From: an uncultured Chlamydiae bacterium
Lineage (GTDB): Bacteria; Chlamydiota; Chlamydiia; Chlamydiales; SM23-39
Direction: 5' to 3'
DNA: 64,000 bases
Assembly (NCBI GenBank): GCA_963828125.1
Contig: CAWHDP010000002.1
Coordinates: 128,001-192,000 of the forward strand
Numbering within the stretch: the stretch's first letter is position 1; every line of letters begins with the position of its first letter. A program made the position numbers and the translations under genes. Below are positions 19,246-33,608 of the stretch, one piece after another. The notes under the pieces were generated by a model. The model was not told where the DNA came from. It worked only from the letters and a program-made list of their open reading frames with translations, and did not search any database.

Positions 19246-19941
19246 ATGGCATCCACCCCCACTACGCCGAATTCGTTACGAGTCCAGATGGGAGATTACC
19301 CAGAGCCTCCTCAAAATGTTGAGGCGCCAAGTCCGCTTATGGAAGAAATGCAACAAATCACGGATCTGTTAGAGAAAGGGCATGCAGCTAAAACGCTATT
19401 TTGTTGCGGCGAAAAGATAAAAAAACACATTCAAGCCTTGGACATTCGGAAAATTAATGAATTTATGGACAAATATGACAATCTACAACATGTGCAGGCC
19501 ATGCCTGTGTCGCTGAGGCGTTGGCAGCAATTATTGATCCAACATTATGTGACAAGACGCCCAGTTGGCCAAGAGATTCCAGCGAAGGTACTCCCGAAAA
19601 AAGTGTGCCAATGTTTAGACCGGATCACTCTTGCTTACATGACCCTGTCTGCGCGACGGGAAGGGATTGCTGAGGGGGATCTCCGAGGGTATTATCAACG
19701 GATGTTGCGAGCTGAAGAATTTGGCCGAATGAAAACAATCAACGATCACTTTCATCCCCGAAAGCCAGCGCCTCAAATCATCTTACAAGAGGGCTCCGAT
19801 GAGGAAAAACAGGAGCCTTCCCTGCTGAAACAGGATCGGATAAAAATCGCAGCAGCCGATGAAAATAAAGCCGAGGAGGAGCGATGCGAAAGTGATCGTT
19901 TCGACGGTGAGCGGCTGTTTGAAAAACAAGAGGATCCGTGA
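19246..19941 (+). CDS. Hypothetical protein
   Basis: Strong AAGGAG SD and P/T/S-rich N-terminus; 3' end overlaps the convergent gene. Confidence 0.6.
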   Translation: MASTPTTPNSLRVQMGDYPEPPQNVEAPSPLMEEMQQITDLLEKGHAAKTLFCCGEKIKKHIQALDIRKINEFMDKYDNLQHVQAMPVSLRRWQQLLIQHYVTRRPVGQEIPAKVLPKKVCQCLDRITLAYMTLSARREGIAEGDLRGYYQRMLRAEEFGRMKTINDHFHPRKPAPQIILQEGSDEEKQEPSLLKQDRIKIAAADENKAEEERCESDRFDGERLFEKQEDP

Positions 19942-21087
19942 GGCGAGGCAAAATAGGAGGGCGGCGACTGAGAGGAGTCCTGTCTCGCAGGCGAGAAAGA
20001 GGAACATGTTATGAGGCCCGGTCGAGCGAATATGGCCGGGGGCGTCAGGGGGGAAATAGGGATCCGAGCGCTCGGAGAATTGGGTAAAGCCCAGGCCGAA
20101 AAAGGGGTGGTCTTTGATGATTTTGAGGGCTGTTTTTTGGTGGAATTTCCGAATATCGTCGGAGCTTTTCGCTAGAGCGTTGTAATTGATCACGCCGCCG
20201 CGGTGGACATACTGTTTATAAAGGAGCGCGGCGCTGAAGCTAAAGGAGATCAAGACGAGGAGGGCGATTCGCGGCAATTGTCTGTTTCGATAGGCCATGA
20301 GGCCAAACCAGAGGAGTGTGGAGAGGGCCCAGGCGAAAAGGGCCGATCTGGAAAAGGAGAGGCTCATGGCGAAAAATTGGATGGGAAGAGCGAGGATCAG
20401 GAGCCAGCGGATTTTTTTGGCCTGCATCCAGAGGGCGTAGGTGGCAAGGAGGGAGAAGAAGAGGAAGCCGCCAAGGATGTTGGGGTGGGAAAATGTCCCT
20501 TGCGCGCGGAGGACGATGGGTGTGTGGGCGGGGCGATTCGATAGGGCGTCGAGGAGCCAGCGGCTCCCATTTTCGATATAAAATACAGATTTGAGGGGGC
20601 TCTCGCCAAGGAGGCGGAGGCCGATGGGCGATTGGTTCAGGTATTGGGCGATGGCGACAAAGGATTGAAACAGGGCGCCTGCTACAACTGCAATGAGGAT
20701 GTAGCGGGTGATTTTAGAGCGCTCGTTGGGAGAAAAGGCGGTGGAGACGATCGAAAAAAGGGCAATGGGAGTGAAGAGCTGCAAAAGGCGGATATAGGGG
20801 AGAGGGTAGGCGTAAAAAGGGGAGGCGATAATCGAGGCGAGGGCAAAGAGGGGGAGGAGCCATAGGACGCTCCGTTTGATCGGGACAATGCACAGGAGGG
20901 CCAGAACAATGAGATCGGAGATATAAAAATAGATTTTTTTGTCGTAATTTGCTGAAACCTTGAGCCCTTCAGGAATGAGGGTGAGCGAGTAATACCGGAA
21001 GAGCTTGTCGTACTTGTGCTCAACCGGTATTAAAATCGCTAAAAGAACCAGAAGAAAACTGGCTAAAATAAACCGTTTATTAGACAT
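19783..21087 (-). CDS. O-antigen ligase (Wzy_C/WaaL) family protein
   Basis: RAQGTFSHPN, SFSRSA, PFFGLG and PHNMFLFLACETG motifs. Confidence 0.85.
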   Translation of the reverse strand: MSNKRFILASFLLVLLAILIPVEHKYDKLFRYYSLTLIPEGLKVSANYDKKIYFYISDLIVLALLCIVPIKRSVLWLLPLFALASIIASPFYAYPLPYIRLLQLFTPIALFSIVSTAFSPNERSKITRYILIAVVAGALFQSFVAIAQYLNQSPIGLRLLGESPLKSVFYIENGSRWLLDALSNRPAHTPIVLRAQGTFSHPNILGGFLFFSLLATYALWMQAKKIRWLLILALPIQFFAMSLSFSRSALFAWALSTLLWFGLMAYRNRQLPRIALLVLISFSFSAALLYKQYVHRGGVINYNALAKSSDDIRKFHQKTALKIIKDHPFFGLGFTQFSERSDPYFPPDAPGHIRSTGPHNMFLFLACETGLLSVAALLFCLASRILLFFKQPLTVETITFASLLLGFIFIGCCDFYPILFQQGRLLFFLIGALL

Positions 21088-21088
21088 C

Positions 21089-22903
21089 TCATCGAGAGTG
21101 CCGCTTCCGGTCGATTTCAGTCAAATAGACTTTTCTCAGCCGGATGAAATTGGGCGTCACCTCTACCAGCTCGTCATCGGCGATGTAATCGATCGCCTGC
21201 TCGAGAGTGAATTTCCGCGGCGGCGTGAGGATGATGTTCTCATCGCTCCCCGCGGCGCGGACGTTGGTGAGCTGTTTGGCTTTGGTCGCATTCACAACGA
21301 GATCGTTGTCTCGGGAGTGTTCGCCGACGACCATCCCTTCGTAGACTTCATCGCCCGGTTTAACGAAGAGCGAACCCCTCTCTTGTAAATTGAAGAGAGC
21401 ATAACCGTTCGATTTGCCGCTGCTATTGGAGATGAGTACGCCGCGGGCTCTCCCTGCCATGTCCCCCTTCCAAGGGGCGAATGTCTCGAAAATCGAGGTG
21501 AGGATCCCGAGTCCCGAGGTGCGGGTTAAAAAGTCGTTTCGATAGCCCATCAAGCCCCTCGTCGGGACAAGGAACTGCATCGTGGTGAGCCCATGCTCGG
21601 AGGTCTCCAGCGAGCGCATTTCCCCTTTTCTGCGGGAAAGATCCTCAATCACCGTGCCGGAGAAATTTTCGGGAACCTCTATATGAACCCGTTCCATCGG
21701 CTCCATGAGGACTCCGTCGATCTCTTTCGTGATCACTTTCGGTTTGGAGATCGCAAGCTCATACCCTTCCCGCCGCATCGCCTCAATCAAAACGGCCAAG
21801 TGGAGCTCCCCTCTGCCGCAGACCTGAATAGCGTCGTCTCTGCCTGGGATCTCCTCGATTTTGAGGGAAATATTGGCCCGCTTCTCCTTCATGAGCCGTT
21901 CGCGGAGTTTATTCATCGTCACATGCTTGCCGTCTTTCCCTACGAAAGGGCTGGCATTGATGAGGAACTCGACCGATACGGTCGGCTCCGCGAGAGTAAT
22001 CGGCGGCAATTGCCGCACGGAACCCGGATCGCAAATTGTATCGCCAATCTCGATTTCTGGGATGCCCGAGAGGACGACGATATCGCCTGCCCCTGCGTCT
22101 AGAAGATCGACCTCTTTGAGCCCCATGTGCCCTTCGATCCGGACAATTTTGTGGTTTGTGTGATTCCCATTCCGGTCGACTCGGGTAACCATGTCGTTTT
22201 TCCGGATCGTCCCTTCCAGAATCCGGCCGCAAGCTTGCCTCCCCACATAGTCGTCATAAGAGAGGGTCGCCGCTTGCATTAAGAAGGGGAGATCGAGGCT
22301 GCCTGAGGGGGCGGGAGCTTTTTGCAGAATCATCTCAAACAGCGGCGTCAAATCCTTTGGCGCGTCTCCGATCTTGTCGATCGCATAGCCGTTGAACCCG
22401 GAAGCGTAGATATAGGGGAAATCGAGCTGCTCGTCATTTGCGCCCAGTTCAAGGAATAAATCGAAGGTGAGGTTGAGAGCCCTGTCTGGATTGGCGTGGG
22501 GGCGGTCGATCTTATTTAAGACAACGATCGGCCGGAGGCCCATTTTGAGCGCTTGGGAGAGGACGAACCGGGTCTGGGGCATTGGCCCCTCTTGGGCGTC
22601 GACTAGAAGAAGGACGCAGTTGACCATCCCCAGCACCCGCTCCACTTCGCCCGAAAAATCGGCGTGGCCAGGAGTGTCGATAATATTTATTTTATAATCT
22701 TTGTAAGTGACGCAGGTGTGCTTGGCAAAAATGGTAATGCCCCGCTCCTTTTCCTGGTCGTAGCTGTCCATGGCCCGTTCGGCCACTTTTTCGTGTTCAA
22801 GAAATACGTGGCCCTGTTTGAGGAGGCTATCGAGAAGAGTGGTCTTCCCGTGGTCGATGTGTGCAATGATCGCTATATTGCGAATTTTTTCTGGGTCGTG
22901 CAT
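21089..22903 (-). CDS. typA: Translational GTPase TypA/BipA
   Basis: [17 protein letters not shown] and GRGELHL motifs. Confidence 0.98.
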   Translation of the reverse strand: MHDPEKIRNIAIIAHIDHGKTTLLDSLLKQGHVFLEHEKVAERAMDSYDQEKERGITIFAKHTCVTYKDYKINIIDTPGHADFSGEVERVLGMVNCVLLLVDAQEGPMPQTRFVLSQALKMGLRPIVVLNKIDRPHANPDRALNLTFDLFLELGANDEQLDFPYIYASGFNGYAIDKIGDAPKDLTPLFEMILQKAPAPSGSLDLPFLMQAATLSYDDYVGRQACGRILEGTIRKNDMVTRVDRNGNHTNHKIVRIEGHMGLKEVDLLDAGAGDIVVLSGIPEIEIGDTICDPGSVRQLPPITLAEPTVSVEFLINASPFVGKDGKHVTMNKLRERLMKEKRANISLKIEEIPGRDDAIQVCGRGELHLAVLIEAMRREGYELAISKPKVITKEIDGVLMEPMERVHIEVPENFSGTVIEDLSRRKGEMRSLETSEHGLTTMQFLVPTRGLMGYRNDFLTRTSGLGILTSIFETFAPWKGDMAGRARGVLISNSSGKSNGYALFNLQERGSLFVKPGDEVYEGMVVGEHSRDNDLVVNATKAKQLTNVRAAGSDENIILTPPRKFTLEQAIDYIADDELVEVTPNFIRLRKVYLTEIDRKRHSR

Positions 22904-22980
22904 ATGGGAGCCGATATTAAAGAAAATAGGATTTAATTTCTAGAGATAAATAATGGAATCGTCTAGAATCTCGGCGACGA

Positions 22981-24420
22981 ATGGGGGATTACAGGATGGA
23001 AGAGCAAGAAGGGGAATCCCAGACCAGCCGCATTGATGATTTGCTCAAGGAGAAATTAGAAAAAACGTTTCATAAGCAGACTTCGAAAGTCCGCTTGCAC
23101 GATATTGCTAAAATCGCCTGTGAACACTCTCCGATCGACCTCGCCTACGCGGCCAGCCACCTTCCCCCGAATGTCCGGCCTGTCCTTTACGAAAATCTCC
23201 CAAGCCGGGATGACAAAATCAAATTTATCATCAATACGGATAGCGATACTCGGCTGACCCTATTCCGGCAGCTCGACGATATTGAGCTCAAGAAAATTTT
23301 CGATCGGATGCCCACCGACGAGGCGGTCTGGGTCGTCGATGACATGCCGGAGCGGAGATTTCGGCGGCTGATGGATCTGATCGACTCGAAAAAAGCGATG
23401 CGGATCCGCGAACTCAAAAAGCATAGCCGAAAAAGCGCTGGGAGACTCATGACCTCCGAGTTCTTCGCCTTTACGATGGAGCTGACTATTGGCGAGGCGG
23501 CAGCCTACATCAGGGATAATCCCCGGATCGATTTTACGAAGGGGATTTTCGTTCTCAATCACACCGGGGAGCTCCAAGGCTACGTCCCGGCGCGGAATAT
23601 GATGATCAACCCCGCCCAGACCCCCCTGAGGCAGGTCATGCGCCCTGTCCTCCATAAAGTGACAGTGGATGCGACCCGCGAAGAGGTGATCGACATTGTA
23701 GAAAGGTATAAAATTTCTTCGCTGCCGGTCGTTGATATCGATAATGAACTCATCGGCGTCATTTCTCATGACGATATTGTCGAGGCGATGGAGGATTTGG
23801 CTGACGAGACGATGGCGAGGATGGCAGGGACCAATGAAAAATTTACCTCGCACGATCCGATTTTGCGCCGTTTCCTTTCAAGGGCCCCTTGGCTTTTCGT
23901 CACCCTTACGGCGGGGCTTTTGAATGTGGGGGTCATGTCGTCCTTCCAAAGACACGAAGGGGGCGTTTTGACCTTCGCCCTCTGTTTCGTTCCGCTCATC
24001 ACGGGGATGTCTGGCAATATCGGGCTCCAGTGCAGCACTGTCCTTGTCCGGATCATGGCCGTCGGAGGCCTTTCGGCAGGGAGCCGGAGAGAGACGATTG
24101 TCAAAGAACTTCTCAGCGGCCTTTTTACCGGCGCTGTTTTTGGCGTCGGTTGCGGCGTCCTTGTCTATTTGCTCGATTTTTTAAGCGGCGGAGCCCTCGG
24201 GTCAACGACGCCCGGCGCCGTTGCCTCGATCGTGAGCATCGGTCTCGTCGGCGGCTGTTTTGCAGGGACGTTTCTCGGCGTTTTTTCTCCCCTTTTTTTC
24301 TCGCGGATCGGCGTCGATCCGGCGATATCGGCAGGTCCGATTATCACGGCGTTTAACGATTTTCTTTCGATGACGATCTACTTTATGATCGCTTGGGGCG
24401 TCAGCAACTTTTTCTTTTGA
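22981..24420 (+). CDS. mgtE: Magnesium transporter MgtE
   Basis: CBS pair, GMSGNIGLQ and GVDPAISAGPIITAFND motifs. Confidence 0.95.
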   Translation: MGDYRMEEQEGESQTSRIDDLLKEKLEKTFHKQTSKVRLHDIAKIACEHSPIDLAYAASHLPPNVRPVLYENLPSRDDKIKFIINTDSDTRLTLFRQLDDIELKKIFDRMPTDEAVWVVDDMPERRFRRLMDLIDSKKAMRIRELKKHSRKSAGRLMTSEFFAFTMELTIGEAAAYIRDNPRIDFTKGIFVLNHTGELQGYVPARNMMINPAQTPLRQVMRPVLHKVTVDATREEVIDIVERYKISSLPVVDIDNELIGVISHDDIVEAMEDLADETMARMAGTNEKFTSHDPILRRFLSRAPWLFVTLTAGLLNVGVMSSFQRHEGGVLTFALCFVPLITGMSGNIGLQCSTVLVRIMAVGGLSAGSRRETIVKELLSGLFTGAVFGVGCGVLVYLLDFLSGGALGSTTPGAVASIVSIGLVGGCFAGTFLGVFSPLFFSRIGVDPAISAGPIITAFNDFLSMTIYFMIAWGVSNFFF

Positions 24421-24468
24421 GCTGGACATTGGCCGTTTATCAGCGCTGATCAATAGCCAGTGTCCAGT
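24421..24468. repeat. Imperfect palindrome directly after the mgtE stop
   Basis: CTGGACATTGGC...ATCAGCGCTGAT...GCCAGTGTCCAG. Confidence 0.65.
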
Positions 24469-24515
24469 TGAGAGGGTCTTGTATTTTACATTGTTTTTTG
24501 ATAGAGTGACTGGTT

Positions 24516-27325
<2,810 letters not shown>

Positions 27326-27333
27326 GGGATTGC

Positions 27334-29790
27334 ATGTCGTATACACAAGATGAGACGATCGTAGCGCGCAACGTTGAAGAGGAGATGAAGGAGAGTTATC
27401 TTCGCTATTCGATGTCGGTCATTATTTCCCGCGCCCTTCCCGATGTGAGAGATGGGCTTAAACCGTCGCAGCGGAGAATTTTGTATGCCATGCGACAGCT
27501 GAACCTAACCCCCGGCGCCAAGCACCGTAAATGCGCCAAGATCTCGGGCGACACCTCCGGCGATTACCACCCGCACGGTGAAACAGTGATCTATCCGACT
27601 TTAGTCCGCCTCGCGCAAGATTGGGTCATGCGCTATACGCTCATCAACGGCCAAGGAAACTTTGGCTCGATCGACGGAGATCCGCCCGCCGCGATGCGTT
27701 ACACTGAAGCGCGCCTCACCGCCGCCTCGATGGCCCTCATGGAAGATCTCGATAAAGAGACCGTCGAAATGGTTCCGAACTACGACGAAACCAAGAACGA
27801 GCCGACCGTCTTTCCGGCGAAATTTCCCAACCTTCTTTGTAACGGCTCTTCTGGGATTGCAGTCGGGATGGCGACGAATATTCCGCCTCACAATCTCCTC
27901 GAACTCATCGGAGCGACTCTCCTTGTCCTCGACAACCGCAATGTAACGATCGACGAGATTATGAAAGTGATGCCCGGCCCCGATTTTCCCACAGGCGGCG
28001 TCATCTGCGGCTATCGAGGCGTCAAAGAGGCCTATCACTCCGGCAGAGGCAAACTGATCCTTCGCGCCCAAATGCGAGTGGAAGATATTGCGAACAATAA
28101 CCGGCAACAGATTGTCGTCGATGAAATCCCCTACAACGTCAATAAATCGAGACTCATCGAACGGATTGCCGAATTGATCAATGAAAAGACGATCACCGGC
28201 CTCTCTGATATTCGCGACGAATCGGATAAAGACGGCCTCCGGATCGTCCTCGAACTCAAACGGGGCGAGATTCCCGATGTTGTGATCAATCAGCTCTATA
28301 AAAATACCGATCTGCAAGTCACCTTTGGCTGCAACATGCTCGCCCTCGATCATGGTTTGCCTCGGACGATGAATATCAAGCACTTCATCTCTGCCTGGAT
28401 CGATCACCGGATCGACGTCATCCGCCGCAGAACCCGCTATGAATTGGCCAAAGCCGAGGCCCGCGCCCACATTTTAGAAGGGTACTTAAAGGCGCTCGAT
28501 CACCTCGACGAAGTGGTGAGAGTGATTAGAGCCTCCTCGAATCGGGACGCCGCCCGCACCGAGTTGATGATGCGCTTCGGCCTCTCCGAGAAGCAATCCA
28601 ACGCCGTCCTCGACCTCCGCCTCTACCAGCTCACGGGATTGGAGGCCGAGAAGATCGACGCCGAGTACAAAGATTTGCTTCTGAAGATTGCCCACTATCA
28701 GGCCGTCCTCGCCTCTGAATCGCTCGTCCGAGATATTATCCGTGAAGAGCTCGAAGATCTGAAAAAAGGACACAAAGCGGAGAGGAAAACCAAAATCATC
28801 GCCGCCGAAGGGGAATTTGCGATGGAAGATCTCATCGCCGACGAGCAGGTCGTCATTGCGATTTCGAGCGACGACTATATTAAGCGGATGCCCATCGACA
28901 CCTTCCGCGAACAGCGGCGAGGCGGCGCTGGCGTGAGCGGCATGGAGATGAAGAAAGAGACCGATAACTTAAAGAACATCTACGTCGCCTCTACCCACGA
29001 TTATTTGCTCATTTTTACCACCCTTGGGCGATGCTATTGGACCAAAGTCTGGCAAATTCCCGAAGGGGCCCGCCGAACCAAGGGACGCCCTATCATTAAC
29101 CTGTTAGAGGATTTAAGCGAAAATGAGAAGGTAGCGGCCATTCTCAGAGTAAAGAGCTTTGATGAAGAGGGGGCCTCAATCCTCCTCGCCACGATGAAAG
29201 GGGTCGTGAAAAAAACGGAACTCTCTGAATTCAGCAACCCCCGCCGCAAAGGGGTCTACGCCCTGAATATTGATGAAGGAGATCAGCTCATCGCCGCCCG
29301 TATGACCCATCCAGCCCAGCAGGTCATGCTCTTCACCAAGAACGGCATGGCCGTCCGCTTCGACGAATCGCTCGTCCGCTCCGTCGGCAGAGTCGCAAGG
29401 GGCGTTCGCGGAGTGACCCTGAAAAACGAGAATGACAAAGTAGTCAGCTGCGAAGTGGTTACCCCCGAAGAGAATATCCTTGTCGTCTGTGAAAATGGGT
29501 TTGGCAAGAGATCGAAAGTCGATGATTTTAGACAGACCAACCGAGGCGGCGTCGGAGTCCGCTCGATCATTGTCTCCGAACGGAATGGGCTTGTTGTCGG
29601 CGCGCTGAGCGTCGTCGATTCCGATAGCGTTTTGCTGATGTCCTCTGCAGGACAAGCTGTAAGGATTCCGATGAGCGACGTCCGCGTCATGGGCAGATCG
29701 ACCCAAGGAGTGCGCCTCGTCAATTTGAAAGAAGAGAACGACCTTGTCGTCGGCGCCCAGAAAATCGAAGCGGTTGCCGAAGAGCCTTAA
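27334..29790 (+). CDS. gyrA: DNA gyrase subunit A
   Basis: [13 protein letters not shown] and GyrA-box QRRGGAG; beta-pinwheel repeats. Confidence 0.98.
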   Translation: MSYTQDETIVARNVEEEMKESYLRYSMSVIISRALPDVRDGLKPSQRRILYAMRQLNLTPGAKHRKCAKISGDTSGDYHPHGETVIYPTLVRLAQDWVMRYTLINGQGNFGSIDGDPPAAMRYTEARLTAASMALMEDLDKETVEMVPNYDETKNEPTVFPAKFPNLLCNGSSGIAVGMATNIPPHNLLELIGATLLVLDNRNVTIDEIMKVMPGPDFPTGGVICGYRGVKEAYHSGRGKLILRAQMRVEDIANNNRQQIVVDEIPYNVNKSRLIERIAELINEKTITGLSDIRDESDKDGLRIVLELKRGEIPDVVINQLYKNTDLQVTFGCNMLALDHGLPRTMNIKHFISAWIDHRIDVIRRRTRYELAKAEARAHILEGYLKALDHLDEVVRVIRASSNRDAARTELMMRFGLSEKQSNAVLDLRLYQLTGLEAEKIDAEYKDLLLKIAHYQAVLASESLVRDIIREELEDLKKGHKAERKTKIIAAEGEFAMEDLIADEQVVIAISSDDYIKRMPIDTFREQRRGGAGVSGMEMKKETDNLKNIYVASTHDYLLIFTTLGRCYWTKVWQIPEGARRTKGRPIINLLEDLSENEKVAAILRVKSFDEEGASILLATMKGVVKKTELSEFSNPRRKGVYALNIDEGDQLIAARMTHPAQQVMLFTKNGMAVRFDESLVRSVGRVARGVRGVTLKNENDKVVSCEVVTPEENILVVCENGFGKRSKVDDFRQTNRGGVGVRSIIVSERNGLVVGALSVVDSDSVLLMSSAGQAVRIPMSDVRVMGRSTQGVRLVNLKEENDLVVGAQKIEAVAEEP

Positions 29791-29861
29791 TGGAGTTGGT
29801 AGAGTGGGCTGAAGCTATCCTCAGACAAGTTCTGCAGGCAGCCTAATATTGGACGACGAAC

Positions 29862-29909
29862 TATACTGCGGCCACCCCAAATTCACACTTTTGGGGTGGC
29901 CGCAGTATA
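29862..29909. repeat. 48-bp palindromic element, family A copy 2
   Basis: TATACTGCGGCCACCCCAAA-TTCACACT-TTTGGGGTGGCCGCAGTATA with perfect 20-bp arms. Confidence 0.97.
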
Positions 29910-30018
29910 TAAGAAATGGCTCTGGGTACGCACGATTTTTTGCCAGTCGAGCTCAAAAAGTTGGGACAAAAAATCGGCTCTCTGATAGCATCGTGGACAT
30001 TTCGTTTTCCGGAATGCT

Positions 30019-30996
30019 ATGCAACACATTGTCTATACTAGAGATCTTCGAAAAAGCTTTGCCGCCAAAAAGGGTCCCTATGAGGCGGTTCGAGGGGTGG
30101 ATTTGGCGGTAGCGCCTGGGGAAATCTTCGGGTTTCTAGGTCCAAACGGCGCAGGGAAGACCACGACCCTGAAAATGCTCACCACTCTCATGCAGCCCGA
30201 TAGCGGCGATGCGCAGGTCAGCGGTTTTGATGTGAGGAAGGATCCTCAAGAAGTTCGAAAACGGATCGGCTACGTGAGCCAGGCGGGCGGCACCGATCGG
30301 GACGCGAAGGGGATTGAAAACCTCCTTTTGCAGGGCCAGCTCTACGGGATGACGCTGGAGTGCGCCAAAAAACGGGCGGCTGAAGTGATCGAGATCCTCA
30401 ATCTGACCGACTGCGCTGACCGTTTTGTGAATACTTATTCCGGAGGTCAGCGAAGAAGACTCGATATTGGCTTAGGCGTCATGCACCGCCCCGATGTACT
30501 GTTCCTAGACGAGCCAACCACCGGTTTGGATCCGCAAAATCGGGCCAACCTTTGGGATCAAATCCGCTCTCTCCGCGAGCAGGGGACAACCGTATTTCTC
30601 ACCTCCCACTATCTCGACGAAATCGATCTCCTCTCCGATCGGCTGGCTATTATGGATCATGGAATGATTGTCGCTGAGGGAACTCCTCGAGATTTGAAGA
30701 AGGAGATCGCAGGGGACGTTGTGACAATCGGCCTTAAAAAAGGGCAAAAAATCGATCTCCGCTCGATGGAACTTTTCATGAGACGGCCGTTTGTTCGCGA
30801 AGTGACGCAGGCGGAGCAAAGTATGCGCCTTTATGTGGAAGACGGCGAAACGGCCCTCCCTCAAATTCTCCGCCTTCTCGATGAGGAAAAAATCCACCTG
30901 CAAACAATTGCCCTCTCAATGCCAACCCTCGACGACGTGTTCCTCAAAAAAACAGGAAGATCTCTCCGCGAGAGCGATACGCAAGGAAAATCATGA
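30019..30996 (+). CDS. DrrA-family ABC exporter ATP-binding protein
   Basis: GPNGAGKTT, YSGGQRRR, DEPTTGLD and PTLDDVFL motifs. Confidence 0.92.
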   Translation: MQHIVYTRDLRKSFAAKKGPYEAVRGVDLAVAPGEIFGFLGPNGAGKTTTLKMLTTLMQPDSGDAQVSGFDVRKDPQEVRKRIGYVSQAGGTDRDAKGIENLLLQGQLYGMTLECAKKRAAEVIEILNLTDCADRFVNTYSGGQRRRLDIGLGVMHRPDVLFLDEPTTGLDPQNRANLWDQIRSLREQGTTVFLTSHYLDEIDLLSDRLAIMDHGMIVAEGTPRDLKKEIAGDVVTIGLKKGQKIDLRSMELFMRRPFVREVTQAEQSMRLYVEDGETALPQILRLLDEEKIHLQTIALSMPTLDDVFLKKTGRSLRESDTQGKS

Positions 30997-31754
30997 AAAT
31001 ACTCACTGATATCCGTCTCTTCTACAAGAGAAAACTCCTCGAGCTCCTCCGGAATCCCCCCTTCATCTTCATGGGCATTTCGACGCCGATCCTCTACCTT
31101 GCCCTCTTCTCCCCTTTGCTCAAAAATTTTGCTGGCGCCCCTGGATTTCCCGAGGGTAACATCCTCAATACCTTCGTTCCGGGGATGCTGATTCTGACCG
31201 CCTTCTATAACGGCCTTTTTGCCGGATGGGGCGTCATTGACGAACTTCGAAATGGGGTGATCGACCGCTTTCGGGTCAGCCCGTGCAGCCGTTTCTCTAT
31301 TTTGGCTGGCCCTGTCCTGCGCGATCTCGTAGCGGTTCTCTTTCAGAATCTCTTCTTCGTCCTCATCGCGCTTCCCTTCGGCTTCCGGTTCGATCCGCTA
31401 GGGATGCTCATCCTCTTCTCCCTTTTTTCCCTCCTCCTCGCCTGCTCCTCGACCCTCGCAAACGCCCTAGGCCTGATCACAAAAAGCGAAGACAAGCTAG
31501 CCCCCATCATCCAAGGGATCACACTCCCCATCACACTCCTTTCAGGGATGCTCTTGCCAATGGAGCTCGCTCCCACTTGGCTCCGTGCCGTTGCCCACTT
31601 CAACCCCCTCTTTTATGTCGTGCAGGCAGCGCGCGAACTCACAGCCGGCCATATCGGCGCTCCTGTTGTGATCCAGGCTTTTATCATCATGAGTTTGCTG
31701 ACTGTAGTCACTCTTCGATGGGGGACGAATCTCTTCCGCAAGGCGGTTGCTTGA
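30993..31754 (+). CDS. ABC-2 type permease (DrrB-like)
   Basis: Six TMs; LLSG..LP...P.WL...AHFNPLFY motif. Confidence 0.9.
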   Translation: MKILTDIRLFYKRKLLELLRNPPFIFMGISTPILYLALFSPLLKNFAGAPGFPEGNILNTFVPGMLILTAFYNGLFAGWGVIDELRNGVIDRFRVSPCSRFSILAGPVLRDLVAVLFQNLFFVLIALPFGFRFDPLGMLILFSLFSLLLACSSTLANALGLITKSEDKLAPIIQGITLPITLLSGMLLPMELAPTWLRAVAHFNPLFYVVQAARELTAGHIGAPVVIQAFIIMSLLTVVTLRWGTNLFRKAVA

Positions 31755-31799
31755 AAACTCAAGCGACCAAAAAAGCCGAAAAGTGGTATGAGCTGAGGT

Positions 31800-33608
31800 A
31801 TGGCAAAAAAATATGATGAAAGCACCGTCCAGTCGCTAGACGCCCTCGCCCATATAAGGCTCCGCTCAGGGATGTATATCGGCCGTCTCGGAGATGGCTC
31901 CCACCCCGATGACGGAATCTATGTGATGCTCAAAGAATCGATTGACAATTCAATCGATGAGTTCATCATGGGATACGGGAAGAAAATTGATATTCAACTC
32001 AACGAAAAAACCTCAACTATTGCGGTCAGAGACTGGGGCCGAGGCATTCCGCTTGGCAAAGTGATCGAGTGTGTCAGCCAAATCAACACCGGAGCTAAGT
32101 ACAATGACGATGTCTTCCAATTCTCGGTCGGCTTGAATGGGGTCGGGATGAAGGCGGTCAACGCCCTCTCCTCCCATTTCATGGTCAGAAGCGTCCGCGA
32201 CGGGGAATTTGTCGAGGTCCACTTTGCGAGAGGGGTTCTCAAGGAGAAAAAGAAGGGGAAAACCAAAGAGGAGGACGGCACCTTTGTCGAGTTCATCCCC
32301 GATACGGTGATTTTTAAAAAATTCGCATTTCATAAAGAACTGATTTTGAAGAGATTGCGACACTATGCTTATTTGAACGTCGGACTGACCCTCGTCTTCA
32401 ACGGGGAGGAGATCTACTCTAAAAACGGTCTTCTGGATCTCTTGAACGAGGAGGTGAAGGAGGATTTGCTCTATGAGCCGCTCCATTACAGAGGCCAGCA
32501 CATCGAATTTGCCTTTCTCCACGCATCGAGTTATGGCGAGACCTATTTTTCCTTTGTGAACGGCCAATACACGCAAGATGGGGGAACCCATTTATCAGCC
32601 TTCAGAGAGGGGATTTTGAAGGGGGTCAACGAATATGCGAAGAAGAATTTTCAGGGGGTCGATGTTCGGGAAGGGATTGTAGGGGCGATTCTTGTGAAGG
32701 TCAAAGATCCGGTCTTTGAGTCCCAGACGAAAAATAAGCTCTCGAATAGCGAAATTCGGGGGCCGATCCTTCAAGAGGTGAAAGACGCGGTTCAAAATTT
32801 GCTGTTTAAGCATGAGGAGACGGGAAAAAAAATTCTTGAACGGATTCTTTTTAACGAACGGCTTAGAAAAGAGCTGGCTGCGGTGAAAAAGGACGCCAAA
32901 GAGAAGCATAAGAAAATCTCCTTCAAGATCCCGAAGCTTCGCGATTCGAAGTTCCACTTTGGAGACGGATCGAAGGAAGGGGAACAGTCGGTGATTTTTT
33001 TGACGGAAGGGGAGTCGGCCTCAGCATCGATCGTCATGACGCGCGATCCACTGACGCAGGCAGTCTTTTCGCTCCGCGGCAAGCCGCTCAACGTATATGG
33101 GATGAAACTCGAGCAGCTCTATAAGAATGAGGAGATGTACAATCTCATGTCGGCGCTCAATATCGAAGACGACATCGCCAACTTGAGGTACAATAAAGTG
33201 ATTTTAGCCACCGATGCCGATGTAGACGGGATGCATATTCGGAATTTATTAATCACATTTTTTTTGACCTATTTCGAGGGGCTTGTCTTGAACGGCCACC
33301 TCCATATCTTGGAGACGCCCTTGTTCAAGGTGCGCAATCAAGAGAAGACGCTCTATTGCTATTCGGAGGAGGAGAAATTGAAAGCGGAGAAAGAGCTCGT
33401 CCGTGGGATTGAAATCACCCGTTTTAAAGGTCTCGGAGAGATCTCGCCGAACGAATTTAAGCAATTTATTGCGAAGGATATCCGTTTGCTCCCCGTGGTG
33501 ATTCAGAATTTATCCGACGTGAAGCCGACCCTCGAATTTTACATGGGCAAGAACACCCCCGCGAGAAAGACTTTTATTATGAAAAATTTGGTGATTGACA
33601 ATGGATGA
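31800..33608 (+). CDS. parE: DNA topoisomerase IV subunit B
   Basis: ESIDNSIDE, GLNGVG, TEGESA and ATDADVDG motifs; shorter than GyrB. Confidence 0.93.
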   Translation: MAKKYDESTVQSLDALAHIRLRSGMYIGRLGDGSHPDDGIYVMLKESIDNSIDEFIMGYGKKIDIQLNEKTSTIAVRDWGRGIPLGKVIECVSQINTGAKYNDDVFQFSVGLNGVGMKAVNALSSHFMVRSVRDGEFVEVHFARGVLKEKKKGKTKEEDGTFVEFIPDTVIFKKFAFHKELILKRLRHYAYLNVGLTLVFNGEEIYSKNGLLDLLNEEVKEDLLYEPLHYRGQHIEFAFLHASSYGETYFSFVNGQYTQDGGTHLSAFREGILKGVNEYAKKNFQGVDVREGIVGAILVKVKDPVFESQTKNKLSNSEIRGPILQEVKDAVQNLLFKHEETGKKILERILFNERLRKELAAVKKDAKEKHKKISFKIPKLRDSKFHFGDGSKEGEQSVIFLTEGESASASIVMTRDPLTQAVFSLRGKPLNVYGMKLEQLYKNEEMYNLMSALNIEDDIANLRYNKVILATDADVDGMHIRNLLITFFLTYFEGLVLNGHLHILETPLFKVRNQEKTLYCYSEEEKLKAEKELVRGIEITRFKGLGEISPNEFKQFIAKDIRLLPVVIQNLSDVKPTLEFYMGKNTPARKTFIMKNLVIDNG

